From the NCBI GenBank assembly GCA_047602425.1, contig JASGHG010000001.1:928001-992000 (forward strand): a stretch of DNA of 64,000 nucleotides, written 5' to 3'. Position numbers and translations under genes: made by a program. Below the pieces are notes generated by a model. It ran no database searches, was not told the DNA's origin, and saw nothing but the letters and a program-made list of their open reading frames with translations. Shown here in pieces: positions 26,186 through 37,015 of the stretch (position 1 is the stretch's first letter; every line of letters begins with the position of its first letter). This DNA comes from Nibricoccus sp. (GTDB lineage Bacteria > Verrucomicrobiota > Verrucomicrobiia > Opitutales > Opitutaceae).

Positions 26186-28872
26186 TTGTAGGAAAAAGTG
26201 AATTCGTTTTCGTTCGCGCTAAGCTGAACTTTTTTCAACGGGGTGCCGGTGCTGATCCGCGACAGGACTTCGCGTGCGATTTCGGGCAATATTTCCTGCG
26301 TGATCAGTCCCTCGACGATGCGGGCCCCGCGTTCGAGTTCGCCGCAGCGTTTGCCGATAAGCGTGAGCACATTCTTGTCATAGGTTAGCGGTATCCCGTG
26401 GTTCTCTTGAATACGCTTCCCCACGCGAACGAGGTTCAACTCGATGATCTTGTGCAACGTCGACTGGGAAATCGGCGCATAAGGCACCACCACGAGCCGG
26501 TTCAGCAATGCGTCCGGAAAAACTTTCATCAATGGCTGGCGCAGCGCTGACTCGATCGCCGCCTGCGTCGGCACGAGTTCTGGATCCTTGCAGAGGTTTA
26601 CGATCACATCCTGCGCCGTGTTGCTGGTCAGAAGGATGAGCGTGTTTTTAAAATCGATGAAGCGCCCCTCGGCATCCTCCATGAAACCTTTGTCGAAGAC
26701 CTGGAAGAAAATTTCGTGCACATCCGTGTGCGCTTTTTCAACCTCGTCGAGCAACACGACGCTGTAGGGCTGGCGACGGACGGCCTCGGTCAAAACGCCG
26801 CCTTCTCCGTAACCCACGTAACCCGGAGGCGATCCCTTGAGTGTGCTCACGGTGTGCGCCTCCTGGAATTCGCTCATGTTGATCGTGATGAGTTTTTGTT
26901 CACCGCCAAAAAGTGCCTCGGCCAGCGCCAGCGCGGTCTCGGTCTTTCCCGTACCACTCGGTCCCACCAGCATAAAAACTCCTACCGGACGGTTCGGGTT
27001 GTCGAGTTTTGCGCGGCTGCTCTGGATGCGGCGCACAATGGTTTCCAGCGCGGACCGCTGGCCCAATACGCGTTGCTCCAGCGTTTCCGTCAGACGCAGC
27101 ACGCGCTCCACTTCGTTTTTGACCATGCGGCCCACCGGAATGCCCGTCCAGTCTGCCACCACATCGGCAATGGCGAATTGGTCAACTTGCGGCCAGATCA
27201 TCGGCGACTCGCCTTGAAGTTTTTGCAGTTCGGCGCGAAGCGACAAAATATCGCCTTGGGAGCCAGCGGATTTTTTCTGCGCTTTTGTCGCTTTGCCGCG
27301 CTTGGCTGGAGCGATCACTGCAGCAGCCGGCGCAGCGGTCGTCAGGGAGCCAGCGTTCTGGACCGTCAACAACCGGTCGACCAGCGTCTTCTCTTGCCGC
27401 CAGCGGGACTCAATCTTCTCCAGTTCCTGTTTTGCCTCTTTTAATTGGAACTCCAGTTTTCCGCGGCGCTCGGAGTTCTCCCGGGCTTCGCCGGCTTCCC
27501 GTTTTAGAAACGCCAGCTCTGTATTGAGCAATTCGATACGCCGCTTCGCGCTGTCCAATGCGGCAGGGACCGCCTGCTGGCTGAGCGCAACACGTGCGCA
27601 AGCGGTGTCGATCAAACCCACCGCCTTGTCGGGCAATTGCCGCGCAGTGATGTAACGATGCGAAAACCGGACCGCCGCTTCAATCGCTTCATCGAGAATG
27701 CGAACCTTGTGATGCTTCTCAAAATTGAGAGCGACATTGCGCATCATCTGCACGCACTTTTCCTCGCTGGGTTCTTCAACTTTTACGATTTGGAATCTGC
27801 GTGTAAGCGCCGGATCTTTTTCAATGTGCCGCTTATATTCCTGCCACGTGGTCGCTGCGATCGTGCGCAACGAACCGCGTGCGAGCGCCGGCTTCAATAA
27901 GTTCGCGGCGTCGCCCGTGCCCGCGCTGCCTCCGGCACCGATCAAAGTGTGAGCCTCATCGATAAACAAAATGATCGGTTGCGGCGAGGCCTGTACTTCG
28001 TCGATGACGCTGCGCAGCCGTTGTTCGAATTCGCCCTTCATGCTCGCGCCTGCCTGAAGCAGGCCGACGTCGAGTCCGCAAATTCGCACGTCCTTCAGTG
28101 ATGGAGGAACATCGCCCGCCACCACGCGCAAGGCAAGCCCTTCCACCACCGCCGTCTTTCCTACACCAGCCTCTCCCGCCAAAATTGGATTATTCTGACG
28201 GCGGCGCATCAGGATATCCAGGCACAGGCGAATTTCCTCATCGCGACCGATGATCGGGTCGAGTTCGCCTTTGCGTGCCTTGTCCGTGATGTCGGTCGTG
28301 AAGCGTTTCAACGCTTCCTGCTTCGCGTTGCCGGACGGAACCGCCTGGCTGGCCACTCCGGGCGCCGCGCCCGACTGCGACGATGCCAGCCCGTTTTCCT
28401 TCGAACGTTGAAGAATTTTCGCAAATTCCTCCGCCAGCACGTCGGCTTTTATCCGGCCGAATTCGACCGATAGGCCGAGCAGTACGTTTTTCAGCGAAGG
28501 CGTTTTTAGAACGCCCAGCAGCACATGACCGGTACGGATCTGCAATTCGCCGAAAACCAGCGACGCATACGTCCATCCGTGTTCGACTGCTTCATCCAGA
28601 TGGGGTGAGAAATCTGCGATCGCCGTCGCGCCGCGCGGTAAGCAATCCAACGCTTGCGCGAGGTCTTCGTTCAAGCGCCCGAAGTCACAACCAAAATATC
28701 CCGCCACAATAAAAAAGTCCGTATCCGCAGCCGTCAGCATTTCCGCAACCCAATGCGCGAACTCCACGTAGGGATTTCCCCGCTTTTTGCAGAGTACCGT
28801 AGCCGACTCAATCAGCTTGAAGGCGACGGGGTTTAGCTTTCCGAAAAGTGTGGAGCGCTTGATTTCAGACAT
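26182..28872 (-). CDS. tssH: T6SS ATPase ClpV
   Basis: LFGKLN, RRRQNNPILAGEAGVGKT, GPSGTGKT, NMSEFQEAHTVSTLKGSPPGYVG. Confidence 0.97.
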   Translation of the reverse strand: MSEIKRSTLFGKLNPVAFKLIESATVLCKKRGNPYVEFAHWVAEMLTAADTDFFIVAGYFGCDFGRLNEDLAQALDCLPRGATAIADFSPHLDEAVEHGWTYASLVFGELQIRTGHVLLGVLKTPSLKNVLLGLSVEFGRIKADVLAEEFAKILQRSKENGLASSQSGAAPGVASQAVPSGNAKQEALKRFTTDITDKARKGELDPIIGRDEEIRLCLDILMRRRQNNPILAGEAGVGKTAVVEGLALRVVAGDVPPSLKDVRICGLDVGLLQAGASMKGEFEQRLRSVIDEVQASPQPIILFIDEAHTLIGAGGSAGTGDAANLLKPALARGSLRTIAATTWQEYKRHIEKDPALTRRFQIVKVEEPSEEKCVQMMRNVALNFEKHHKVRILDEAIEAAVRFSHRYITARQLPDKAVGLIDTACARVALSQQAVPAALDSAKRRIELLNTELAFLKREAGEARENSERRGKLEFQLKEAKQELEKIESRWRQEKTLVDRLLTVQNAGSLTTAAPAAAVIAPAKRGKATKAQKKSAGSQGDILSLRAELQKLQGESPMIWPQVDQFAIADVVADWTGIPVGRMVKNEVERVLRLTETLEQRVLGQRSALETIVRRIQSSRAKLDNPNRPVGVFMLVGPSGTGKTETALALAEALFGGEQKLITINMSEFQEAHTVSTLKGSPPGYVGYGEGGVLTEAVRRQPYSVVLLDEVEKAHTDVHEIFFQVFDKGFMEDAEGRFIDFKNTLILLTSNTAQDVIVNLCKDPELVPTQAAIESALRQPLMKVFPDALLNRLVVVPYAPISQSTLHKIIELNLVRVGKRIQENHGIPLTYDKNVLTLIGKRCGELERGARIVEGLITQEILPEIAREVLSRISTGTPLKKVQLSANENEFTFSYK

Positions 28873-28944
28873 GGAAATGGTGTGGCCGAAGGAAGGGATT
28901 CAAAAGGTTGGTTTGCCGTTTTTTTGTGGTTCCGTTTTTTGTTT

Positions 28945-29934
28945 TCACGCAGCGCGACTTTCGAAAACGACACGACGCAGTTCGTCTTTGGGCGAATCCT
29001 TACCGATCCAGCTGTTATATCCTAATTGGGAGCCATCGCCGAGCTGCACGGCGGGAATTCCCCTACTTTGCACATCGAAGGCGACATCCCAAAAGAAGGT
29101 TTCTCCCACGTAACTTTTCACCCAGCAGCAAAGCCGCTTGAAGGCAGTGCTCCCGGGCTGAAGTTTTTTAAACTGGCTGTAGGACAGCGGTCCCATCAAC
29201 ACGCGCAACGAAAGGCAACCGTCCCATACCGACTCGCCCAGAATCAACGATTCGCCCAGCAGGCCGCTCGAACGCGGTCCGGCTAGTCGCGAGCGGTTTT
29301 CCGGCGGAATTGTCAGCCAACGGCCTTGAAACGGCTGAATCTCGGCTTTGGTTTCGAAAAAATCCCCCAAAATTTTACCAAGGCCTTCGGAAGAACGCGT
29401 CCCGCGGCTCAGCCATCCTGAAAAGTAAAACCTTCCGTTATCAGGAAGTTCGTCGCGGTCCATCAAGCTGTCCTGGCCCTGCCCCACCAGGCTGGCGACA
29501 AAACGGCGGTAGTGACTTTCCTGCGGACGATCCATGTCCACCGCGATATTGTTGTCTGCCCAGGCCCGCGCGAGGAACGACATCATGCGGTGGTGAAACA
29601 GGTTTAAAAACTCCACCATTGTTTCATCTCGATGGTTGTGGAGCCTCTCGTACACGTATTCGGTGTAATTCGTCGGCAGCGGCCCGTTCACGCCGAGCAA
29701 GCCGTGGTAAGCGAGTTTAACTCGTGTCGGCCCGCCTTCCGCCGGCGTCTCCACTGCGTCGATTAAGGCGGTGGGAAATGTCAGCGACGGTGTCTGACCA
29801 AAACGTACGGGCTCGTCCTTCGGCAGGTTGGCGTAACCAATTCTCGGATACGCCACGCCATGACGCTGCAGCAGCCGTACGGCCTGAAAAAACTCGGTGC
29901 GCAGCAAGCTCTCCGATCCGGCTAAGCTCATCAC
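28945..29934 (-). CDS. tssG: T6SS baseplate TssG
   Basis: FFQAVRLL, GLLGVNGPLP, FLNLFHHR, LGYNSWIG. Confidence 0.93.
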   Translation of the reverse strand: MMSLAGSESLLRTEFFQAVRLLQRHGVAYPRIGYANLPKDEPVRFGQTPSLTFPTALIDAVETPAEGGPTRVKLAYHGLLGVNGPLPTNYTEYVYERLHNHRDETMVEFLNLFHHRMMSFLARAWADNNIAVDMDRPQESHYRRFVASLVGQGQDSLMDRDELPDNGRFYFSGWLSRGTRSSEGLGKILGDFFETKAEIQPFQGRWLTIPPENRSRLAGPRSSGLLGESLILGESVWDGCLSLRVLMGPLSYSQFKKLQPGSTAFKRLCCWVKSYVGETFFWDVAFDVQSRGIPAVQLGDGSQLGYNSWIGKDSPKDELRRVVFESRAA

Positions 29935-31829
29935 AACACCCCTTTCTGGCCGGTTCGCGCGGGCCAGCGCATGAGTTCACCGCGTTGCAACGTGGCCACA
30001 ACCGTCTCTGTGAAGGAATTTACCGTCACGTATTTTCCGAGGAAATATTCCAACACACCGCCAAACAGAAATACGCCCGCGCCTTCGAAACATGCTTCGT
30101 CAAAAGTCAGGATCACTTCCAGCCCGCGTGCAAAACACACCGGGCCCGGCGTAAAAATCCGGCGCAGGACCGGCCGGCTTTTAGCTTCGCGCAAACCTTC
30201 AATCTGACGGCGCCCCGCAGCCATCCGTTCTCCCTCGGCACAATAGAGCTCCAGCATCTCGCGCAAGGCCGCGGGGCCTTCGCCAGCCCGACCCTCCAAT
30301 AGCGAAAGATAGTTGAGCGAAAGGTGACTGATCAACTTCCACGCGAAATCTCCCTCGGCTTGTGAGGGCAGCGGCTCCGTGGGATGAACAAGACAGCGCG
30401 TCGCTGTCACTGGTACGCAAACTTCAAGCGTAAAGTCGGTCGAACCACCTCCAACCGCCATCATGGTCGGGAGATGACGATTTGTGCAGAGCGCTTCGAA
30501 GCCCAATTGCCGCAGGGTCGTGGCGACCGGCATATTTCTGCAATCGACGAGCGAGAGGTAGACATCGGTACCGGCACAAGCCGCGCGCTTGTTATGCTCC
30601 TTGAAATAGACTTCTTCCTCTTTCGTCGGCATGCGCGGCACCCGTTTGACGCTGTAAAATGCATCGGAGGCTCCGGTCTCGTGTTGCGTGTGAAAAAACG
30701 GCTTAAACTCCCGCGCCTCGGCCGACTCGGCGCCGTAACCCATGACTTTTTCAAACTCGAAAATCTCGTAATCCAACGGCCGGTTTTGATCCGGACACAC
30801 AAAAACTTCCGCCGCCCGGCCGTTCACCGGCAGACGATCCAGCTTCTGCGAAAACAAATTGATCGCCGGCGTACAGTGTAACTCGAACGAGGAGCTGTCG
30901 AAGCGGTTTTCCAACCGGCCTTCCACGGAGTCGAAAAGTATGGTGATATCGATTGTTTCGCTTTCGCAATTTTTGAGGGCCGATTGGAAACCGCCCAGTT
31001 CCACAAACAAAAATCTCTGCGGAAGCGCGAAATATTCGCGCAACAGCCGGTAGCCTTCAAAACCTCTCGGCGTCGACGGCAGCAATGCCTCCTTGGCCGA
31101 AAATCCCTTGCGCCGGACTCCCTCGCGTCCAAATACGCCGTGCGTGACGGGCCGTTCCCCCTTCTGCTGGGTTTGCACGACGATGGCCGTGGCGTGCCCA
31201 ATCAACAACTCGTAGAGAAGAAAAGGAATTTGGTCGCTTCCGTTCAGATGGATATCCAACGGATCCAGTTTGATCTTGGAGAATGGCAATCCGCCCCCTG
31301 AAGTCAGCCGAAGCCGTAGCGCCGACCGCGCGGAGAGATGCCCCGGCAGTTCCAGCGATGCAAGATTGCGCGTGAAGTATTGCGCCTCCGTCAGGCGAAC
31401 CGGAAGCAGACGGACATCGTGTGCGGTCGTGAAAACGCAACTCGTGCTCTCGCCGCGGGACCGCAGCGATTTCAAACGCGTGCCCCGCGCCAGCAAAACC
31501 CCATCCGCAAGCGCGGTATCCTGCCAGTCGGGATCGAACCGCACAATCGTCATCGATGGCATTGGCGCCAGAAATTGCGGGAAAACAATTTCGAAAAGCG
31601 ACTGCGTAAACCGCGGAAATTCAGCATCGAGTTGCAGATGGATACGTGCCGCCAACCAGGCAAAACCCTCCAAAAGTCGCTCAACATGCGGATCGGGACA
31701 GACCTCCTTGCCGTTCGGATCGAGCGCCAGCCGTGAGGCAATCTTCGGATACTCGCGCGCAAATTCCCCGGACATCTCCCTGAGATGCCGAAGTTCCGTG
31801 TTATAGTGCTCGAGTAGGCGTCGGTCCAT
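29931..31829 (-). CDS. tssF: T6SS baseplate TssF
   Basis: YNTELRHLRE, DPHVERLLEGFA, GYRLLREYF, CTPAINLF, LISHLSLNYLSL, NSFTE. Confidence 0.96.
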   Translation of the reverse strand: MDRRLLEHYNTELRHLREMSGEFAREYPKIASRLALDPNGKEVCPDPHVERLLEGFAWLAARIHLQLDAEFPRFTQSLFEIVFPQFLAPMPSMTIVRFDPDWQDTALADGVLLARGTRLKSLRSRGESTSCVFTTAHDVRLLPVRLTEAQYFTRNLASLELPGHLSARSALRLRLTSGGGLPFSKIKLDPLDIHLNGSDQIPFLLYELLIGHATAIVVQTQQKGERPVTHGVFGREGVRRKGFSAKEALLPSTPRGFEGYRLLREYFALPQRFLFVELGGFQSALKNCESETIDITILFDSVEGRLENRFDSSSFELHCTPAINLFSQKLDRLPVNGRAAEVFVCPDQNRPLDYEIFEFEKVMGYGAESAEAREFKPFFHTQHETGASDAFYSVKRVPRMPTKEEEVYFKEHNKRAACAGTDVYLSLVDCRNMPVATTLRQLGFEALCTNRHLPTMMAVGGGSTDFTLEVCVPVTATRCLVHPTEPLPSQAEGDFAWKLISHLSLNYLSLLEGRAGEGPAALREMLELYCAEGERMAAGRRQIEGLREAKSRPVLRRIFTPGPVCFARGLEVILTFDEACFEGAGVFLFGGVLEYFLGKYVTVNSFTETVVATLQRGELMRWPARTGQKGVL

Positions 31830-31973
31830 GTGCAGGTCAGTTCACGCCAAAATTTAAAGCAGGCCACCGTTCATCACAGGAACGTTCCGCACCATTCACG
31901 AACGATCCGATGTGAGCCGCAGTTCCATCAAACCGTTTTGGCGAGCCGAGTCGAAGTGTTGCCGGGACTTTCA

Positions 31974-32489
31974 TCAGGCCAAGCCTCCCTTAAACTTCTC
32001 GCCGCCGGTAAGCACCTCGGCCGAGCCGGTTTCGAGATCGACTTTTGTCTTGATGAGTTTCCTTAAAGGAACTGGTTCGGCCCAGTACTCCGCATCGATT
32101 TCGAAGAAAACGGCGTTACCCTCCACCTGGCCTTTGACCGCCAGCGTATTCGGATTAATCCGCGGCTCAAAAGTGCGGATTGCCTGCGTGAGCCGCCGTT
32201 CCAATTCATGGATTTCGAACGCACTCTGGCCGACCGCCTGCCGCACACCAAAGTTGATCACCGACTTCTCGGCGTGCGGAAAATCGAAGAGCGGGTTGCG
32301 TTTGCCCTCGACCTCGGGGATCTGTGCATTGCAGTTCAACAACCATTCCAAATCTCTAATCAGCGCCGCTTCGTACGCCTGCGGTGTCACCATGCGGGCG
32401 CGCCCGCTTTCCTCGTTGTTTCCGGGCTGGTTGTCAGCCAGGCGGTCAATCAGGCATGGCTGGAATCGGGTTACGCTTTGGGCAGACAT
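31974..32489 (-). CDS. tssE: T6SS baseplate TssE (gp25-like)
   Basis: PCLIDRL, RDLEWLLN, SVINFGV, AIRTFEPRI. Confidence 0.92.
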   Translation of the reverse strand: MSAQSVTRFQPCLIDRLADNQPGNNEESGRARMVTPQAYEAALIRDLEWLLNCNAQIPEVEGKRNPLFDFPHAEKSVINFGVRQAVGQSAFEIHELERRLTQAIRTFEPRINPNTLAVKGQVEGNAVFFEIDAEYWAEPVPLRKLIKTKVDLETGSAEVLTGGEKFKGGLA

Positions 32490-32493
32490 CGTT

Positions 32494-33288
32494 TTAACTC
32501 CTGGCGTCGAACTCAATGGTTCGGACCGTTGTCAGGGGATAATCGCCTTCATCCGTCGACAGCACACGAACGCCGGTCCCAATGTGGCCACCATGGCCGA
32601 TTTCTTCCCACGCCACCGTGCGCGCGAGCACAAGTTGCGAATCGGATGACTGTTCGGTGCCGGGATAGCGCGCCGGAATATGTCCGACAACCATGCCGCC
32701 ATTGGCCCACGTCACCCTGGCTTGAATCCAAATCAGATCCTGCAAATCGCGCGGCGGCTCAATGTCGATGCGAGCAATGCATTCAAACGGCAACCAGTAG
32801 TAGTTGCCCTGCAAATACAGCTCGATCAGTGGCCCAAAACGGGCATCGGCGTCAGCGAGCCACTCGAAACGTCTGCCATCGATTCGACCCGCGCACGCCG
32901 GGGCATCCTTCAAGGCTTTGCCGTAGGCCCGGCCGACTTCGGATTTCCGCCGGACGTTCGCGGTCCAGCGTTTTTCCAGCAAGGTTTCGAGCCATTTGGG
33001 TTTCGGGCCAAAAATCTCGGGCTCGCGTTGTCCGGTAAAGACCGCAACACGCACCTGCTCCAGCTCGACCAAACTGCGCAACAACATCGCCAACGGGGCA
33101 TATTTCGGTTCGAGCGAAACCGCCGTTTGTACCTGAACAATGGCTCGGTCCCAGCGTCCCGACGTTGCAAGCAGTTGAAAAAGCCCAAGCCGCAAACTTG
33201 CGTTACCGGGTTGTTGTTTGATGTCGCTTTGCAACCGGTTCAAAGCCTCCTGTGGCTTTGACTGATGCAGCAGTTCCTGTGCGGTCAT
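32494..33288 (-). CDS. tagJ: T6SS accessory TagJ/ImpE
   Basis: LFQLL..G.WDRA, WLADADARFGP..E, DLQDLIW, IPARYPG, LARTVAW. Confidence 0.92.
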   Translation of the reverse strand: MTAQELLHQSKPQEALNRLQSDIKQQPGNASLRLGLFQLLATSGRWDRAIVQVQTAVSLEPKYAPLAMLLRSLVELEQVRVAVFTGQREPEIFGPKPKWLETLLEKRWTANVRRKSEVGRAYGKALKDAPACAGRIDGRRFEWLADADARFGPLIELYLQGNYYWLPFECIARIDIEPPRDLQDLIWIQARVTWANGGMVVGHIPARYPGTEQSSDSQLVLARTVAWEEIGHGGHIGTGVRVLSTDEGDYPLTTVRTIEFDARS

Positions 33289-33354
33289 TTGACAATAAAG
33301 TGCTGTGCCGCCACCCGCCGATGCAGGGAGCGGCACACGTTCAGAGGGCGCCGA

Positions 33355-33837
33355 TTAGACGACTTTGTTTTCAGACACGCTGTAACCCATTGAGTAGTGC
33401 GAGCCCTTGCCGCCCTTGTCGCTCTGGGTGTCGTAATCGACCTTCATTTGCGCGAAGTTCAAAGCAACGGTCTCCTGGAGACGGTCGGACGCTTGCGCAC
33501 CGCTGGTCTGCACGCCCGTGACCAAAACCTTCGTCAAGGTGATAACCATGTATTCGAGAGGTTTGTCGCCGGCCTTGCGTACGAAGAGCTTCGCTTCGTC
33601 GAGATGTTTGCCGGTCATGCAGCACTTCAGCAATTCCGTGGACGAAGCATCCACGAACTTGACGATGTTCAAATCGGAAATGGAGGCCTTGCCGGATCCA
33701 CCGCCGGGTCCCATGTGGAACGAACCGGAGTTCGATGCGTTCCAAGACCATGAGATCACATCGATGTCATCTTTGTGATTGCTGTCTGTCGACTCTCCCT
33801 TGATGCCGGAGAGCTTGAGGTACATGTCTGTTGCCAT
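33355..33837 (-). CDS. hcp: T6SS tube protein Hcp
   Basis: IKGESTDSNH..IDVISWSW, KFVDASS, GKH, ETVALNF. Confidence 0.96.
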   Translation of the reverse strand: MATDMYLKLSGIKGESTDSNHKDDIDVISWSWNASNSGSFHMGPGGGSGKASISDLNIVKFVDASSTELLKCCMTGKHLDEAKLFVRKAGDKPLEYMVITLTKVLVTGVQTSGAQASDRLQETVALNFAQMKVDYDTQSDKGGKGSHYSMGYSVSENKVV

Positions 33838-33932
33838 ATTAGTTACTTTATGTGTTTAGTTCTGGTGCCGGTAGATTGAAGAGGCCATGCGCTACGGCAC
33901 CTCCTGCCATAGCCTCTGAGAATTCTGAGAAA

Positions 33933-35426
33933 TCAGCCTGCTGCCGGAGCGGGCAGCTTGGACACCAGGCGCAAGGAAGCGGTCAAGCCTTCCAGTTGAT
34001 AGTGCGGACGAAGGAAGAATTTCGCCGAGTAAAAACCCGGATTGCCTTCGACCTCGGTGACCTCCACATGCGCCTCAGCGAGCGGACGCTCGGATTTTTC
34101 TTTGTCGGTGGCGGATGGTGTAGCCGTCGTGTAATTTTTGATCCAGTCATTCAGGAACGACTCCATTTCGTTGCGCTCCTTGAATGAGCCGATCTTGTCT
34201 CTCACCATGCACTTGAGGAAATGCGCAAAGCGGCAGGTCGCGAAGAGGTAGGGCAACCGTGCGCCGAGCTTTGCGTTGGCGGTGGCATCCGGGTTGTCAT
34301 ATTCATCGGGCTGATGCAACGACTGCGCACCGATGAACACCGCGTAATCGGTGTTTTTCCAATGTGAGAGCGGCATGAAACCGTTTTTGGCCAGCTCGGC
34401 CTCACGACGATCGGTGATGGCGATTTCGGTGGGGCATTTCATATCCACGCCACCATCGTCGGTCGGGAACGTGTGCACGGGCAGGCTCGCCACTACGCCG
34501 CCACTTTCGACACCGCGAATACGCGAGCACCAACCATATTCCTTGAAGGAACGCGTGATGTTGACACCCATCGCGTAGGCCGCGTTGGACCAGGAATATT
34601 TACCGTGTTCTCCGGCGGTGCCGGTGTCTTCCACGAAGGAAAATTCCTCAACCGCGTTTGTTTTCGGCCCATACGGCATGCGAGCGAGGAATCTCGGCAT
34701 CGCGAGTCCGACATATTTCGCATCCTCCTGTTTGCGGAGCGAACGCCACGCAGCGTGCTCGGGGGTTGTGAAGACCTTGGTCAGATCGCGCGGATTTGCG
34801 AGTTCCTGCCAGGAGTTGAAACCCATGACGTCTGGCGCCGCGCCAGTAATGAACGGGCTGTGCGCGGCCGCTGCGATTTGCGCCATCCGCGAAAGGATTT
34901 CCACGTCGGGAGCGCTGTGGTCGAAATAATAATCGCCGATCAATGCGCCATAGGGCTCGCCGCCGGGAGTACCAAATTCCTCTTCGTAAATCTTCTTGAA
35001 CAACGGACTCTGGTCCCAGGCAACACCCTTGAAGGAACGAAAGACCTTGCCCAGTTCCTTCTTGGAAATGTTTAGGACCCGGACCTTCAACTTCTCGTCG
35101 GTGGCGGTGTTGCTCACCAAGTATTGGAGGCCGCGCCAGGTCCCCTCAAGGCGGCGGAACTCGTCGTTGTGCAGAATCACATTGATTTGCTCGGAAAGAC
35201 GACGGTCGATCTCCGCCTTGATGGCGTCGATCGTATCGAGCACGCTGTCGGAAACGATGTTCTCGTTGGTGACCGCGAGATCGACCAGGGTCTGGACTTC
35301 GCGTTGCACGACGTCCTGGTTGTTGCGGAAGGTCTGGCCAAGAAGACGGTCAAGATCCGAACCGTCGGCGATTGTGGTCGTGGCTGTCTGGCCGTTGGTA
35401 GCGGCGCTGAGATTGGGCGTGGACAT
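33933..35426 (-). CDS. tssC: T6SS sheath large subunit TssC
   Basis: LEGTWRGL, AAAHSPF, PRFLARMPYG, KCPTEIAITDRREAEL, LRPHYQLEGL. Confidence 0.97.
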   Translation of the reverse strand: MSTPNLSAATNGQTATTTIADGSDLDRLLGQTFRNNQDVVQREVQTLVDLAVTNENIVSDSVLDTIDAIKAEIDRRLSEQINVILHNDEFRRLEGTWRGLQYLVSNTATDEKLKVRVLNISKKELGKVFRSFKGVAWDQSPLFKKIYEEEFGTPGGEPYGALIGDYYFDHSAPDVEILSRMAQIAAAAHSPFITGAAPDVMGFNSWQELANPRDLTKVFTTPEHAAWRSLRKQEDAKYVGLAMPRFLARMPYGPKTNAVEEFSFVEDTGTAGEHGKYSWSNAAYAMGVNITRSFKEYGWCSRIRGVESGGVVASLPVHTFPTDDGGVDMKCPTEIAITDRREAELAKNGFMPLSHWKNTDYAVFIGAQSLHQPDEYDNPDATANAKLGARLPYLFATCRFAHFLKCMVRDKIGSFKERNEMESFLNDWIKNYTTATPSATDKEKSERPLAEAHVEVTEVEGNPGFYSAKFFLRPHYQLEGLTASLRLVSKLPAPAAG

Positions 35427-35456
35427 AGTTTTGCGAGGCTCCTTTTTTGGTTCTCG

Positions 35457-35948
35457 TTATTTGTTGTTTTTGGCCTTGCTCTTGAGGGCCGTGCGATCGT
35501 TCAGGAGCTTGTCCAGCGCCTCCTCGACCTTTGTTTTTCCATCGATGCGAGCTTTAAGGGCTTCGAGCTCCTTGCGTTGTTCGAGCAATTTGCGGAGCGG
35601 TTCGACTTTTTCCGCGATGCGACCCGGCGAAAAATCGTCCATGCTGTCGAACGACATTTCGACCGAAAGCTGCCCCTCGCCCGTCAAGGTGTTCGGCACG
35701 GTGATGGCGATTCGCGGTTTCGCGGCCTTCATGCGTTTGTCGAAATTGTCGACGTCAATCTCCAGGAACTTGCGGCTGGCAACTTCCGGCAGTGCTTCCG
35801 CGGGATTTCCGGAAAGATCGGCCATCACGCCCATAACAAAGGGCAGATCAACCTTCTTTTGAGCGCCGCCCAACTCCACATCATATTCGATTTGGACGCG
35901 GGGCGCGCGGTTTTGTTTGATGAACTTCTGTCCACTCTGGTTAGCCAT
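35457..35948 (-). CDS. tssB: T6SS sheath small subunit TssB
   Basis: RAPRVQIEYDVE, LPFVMGVMADLSG, IDVDNFD, DDFSP. Confidence 0.97.
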   Translation of the reverse strand: MANQSGQKFIKQNRAPRVQIEYDVELGGAQKKVDLPFVMGVMADLSGNPAEALPEVASRKFLEIDVDNFDKRMKAAKPRIAITVPNTLTGEGQLSVEMSFDSMDDFSPGRIAEKVEPLRKLLEQRKELEALKARIDGKTKVEEALDKLLNDRTALKSKAKNNK

Positions 35949-35983
35949 ATATACCTTTCAGATTAGGGGTTATTAGAGAAATA

Positions 35984-37015
35984 TTACCGGTTGTTGGTGG
36001 TTTCCTTGCCGACTCCCGCGAGACTTTGGAACGCCGGGAGCGCATCGGGCGCCAGTTCGTCCAACAGACCGAGAAAATCCCGGTCAACCAGACGCGCCGC
36101 CCGGTCGACAAAATAGGGCACCGGACTCGCCGGCTCGGTTTTCCGAAAAAACTCCGCCACTTCGTGGAGCACACGCACCGCATCGGCCCGGGTATGGATT
36201 CCGTCTTGCATGGAAATTTTCACCTCCGCTTTCGCCGCAACTTTTTCGTTCTTTTTCTGAACCACCGCTTCGCCCACAAATTCCGCCAAGCCCCGCAATT
36301 CCTGCATCAAAGTCTGCAAGGGTCGAAGCCCTCCGTTCGACGGCGCCAGCGACTCGGGAGTTTGCTCGATCAAAAGCCGTTCGATTTCCCCCGTTTCAGC
36401 GATGGCCGCTGTCAACGCCGCACTCGCCTCGCCCCGCTCGCCCGCTGGAACACTTCGCCATTCCGCCCTCATGCGCTCCAGCAGCGTGACGTCCGCGCCA
36501 CCCGCTTTGTTCCGAGCCGCAAGAACCTCGCGAAAGCAGAACGTCCAGGCATTGGTTTTCACCAGCGGCACGTTCCTCAATCCTTCGACAATGCGGAGGA
36601 AATCGCCATCGCGCTTATAAGGGGCGGAAAGCCCAACCACGGTGTACCACCGCTCAACCATTGTGTCGGTGGCATCTAGTTGTGGATAAGCGCAATACTC
36701 TTTTGCGCCAAGCAGTTCCTTGATCGCATACAACCCTTGCGCGAAACCGGCAAAACCATGCACACGCAGCATCGCCGCGGCATAAAATACAGCCACGCGA
36801 AGATCACGGCTGACTTCCAACAACTCCACGCAACGCTTCTCCACATGCGTCCAATCGGGCTCGTGTTCGCTGAAGTCATTCGTGACGCGCTTCCCCTCGG
36901 AATTGATTGCAGGAACTGGTTTTGCCAACGATTCAAGCTCCAGCAGTTCACCGGATATCGATAAATCTGCGCCCTCATTTCCCAGTCCCAACGCAGCTTT
37001 TACCATACTATCCAT
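35984..37015 (-). CDS. tssA: T6SS TssA (short ImpA type)
   Basis: EPDW, SRDLRV (ImpA_N); C-terminal FFRKTEPASPVPY..RAARL. Confidence 0.9.
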   Translation of the reverse strand: MDSMVKAALGLGNEGADLSISGELLELESLAKPVPAINSEGKRVTNDFSEHEPDWTHVEKRCVELLEVSRDLRVAVFYAAAMLRVHGFAGFAQGLYAIKELLGAKEYCAYPQLDATDTMVERWYTVVGLSAPYKRDGDFLRIVEGLRNVPLVKTNAWTFCFREVLAARNKAGGADVTLLERMRAEWRSVPAGERGEASAALTAAIAETGEIERLLIEQTPESLAPSNGGLRPLQTLMQELRGLAEFVGEAVVQKKNEKVAAKAEVKISMQDGIHTRADAVRVLHEVAEFFRKTEPASPVPYFVDRAARLVDRDFLGLLDELAPDALPAFQSLAGVGKETTNNR

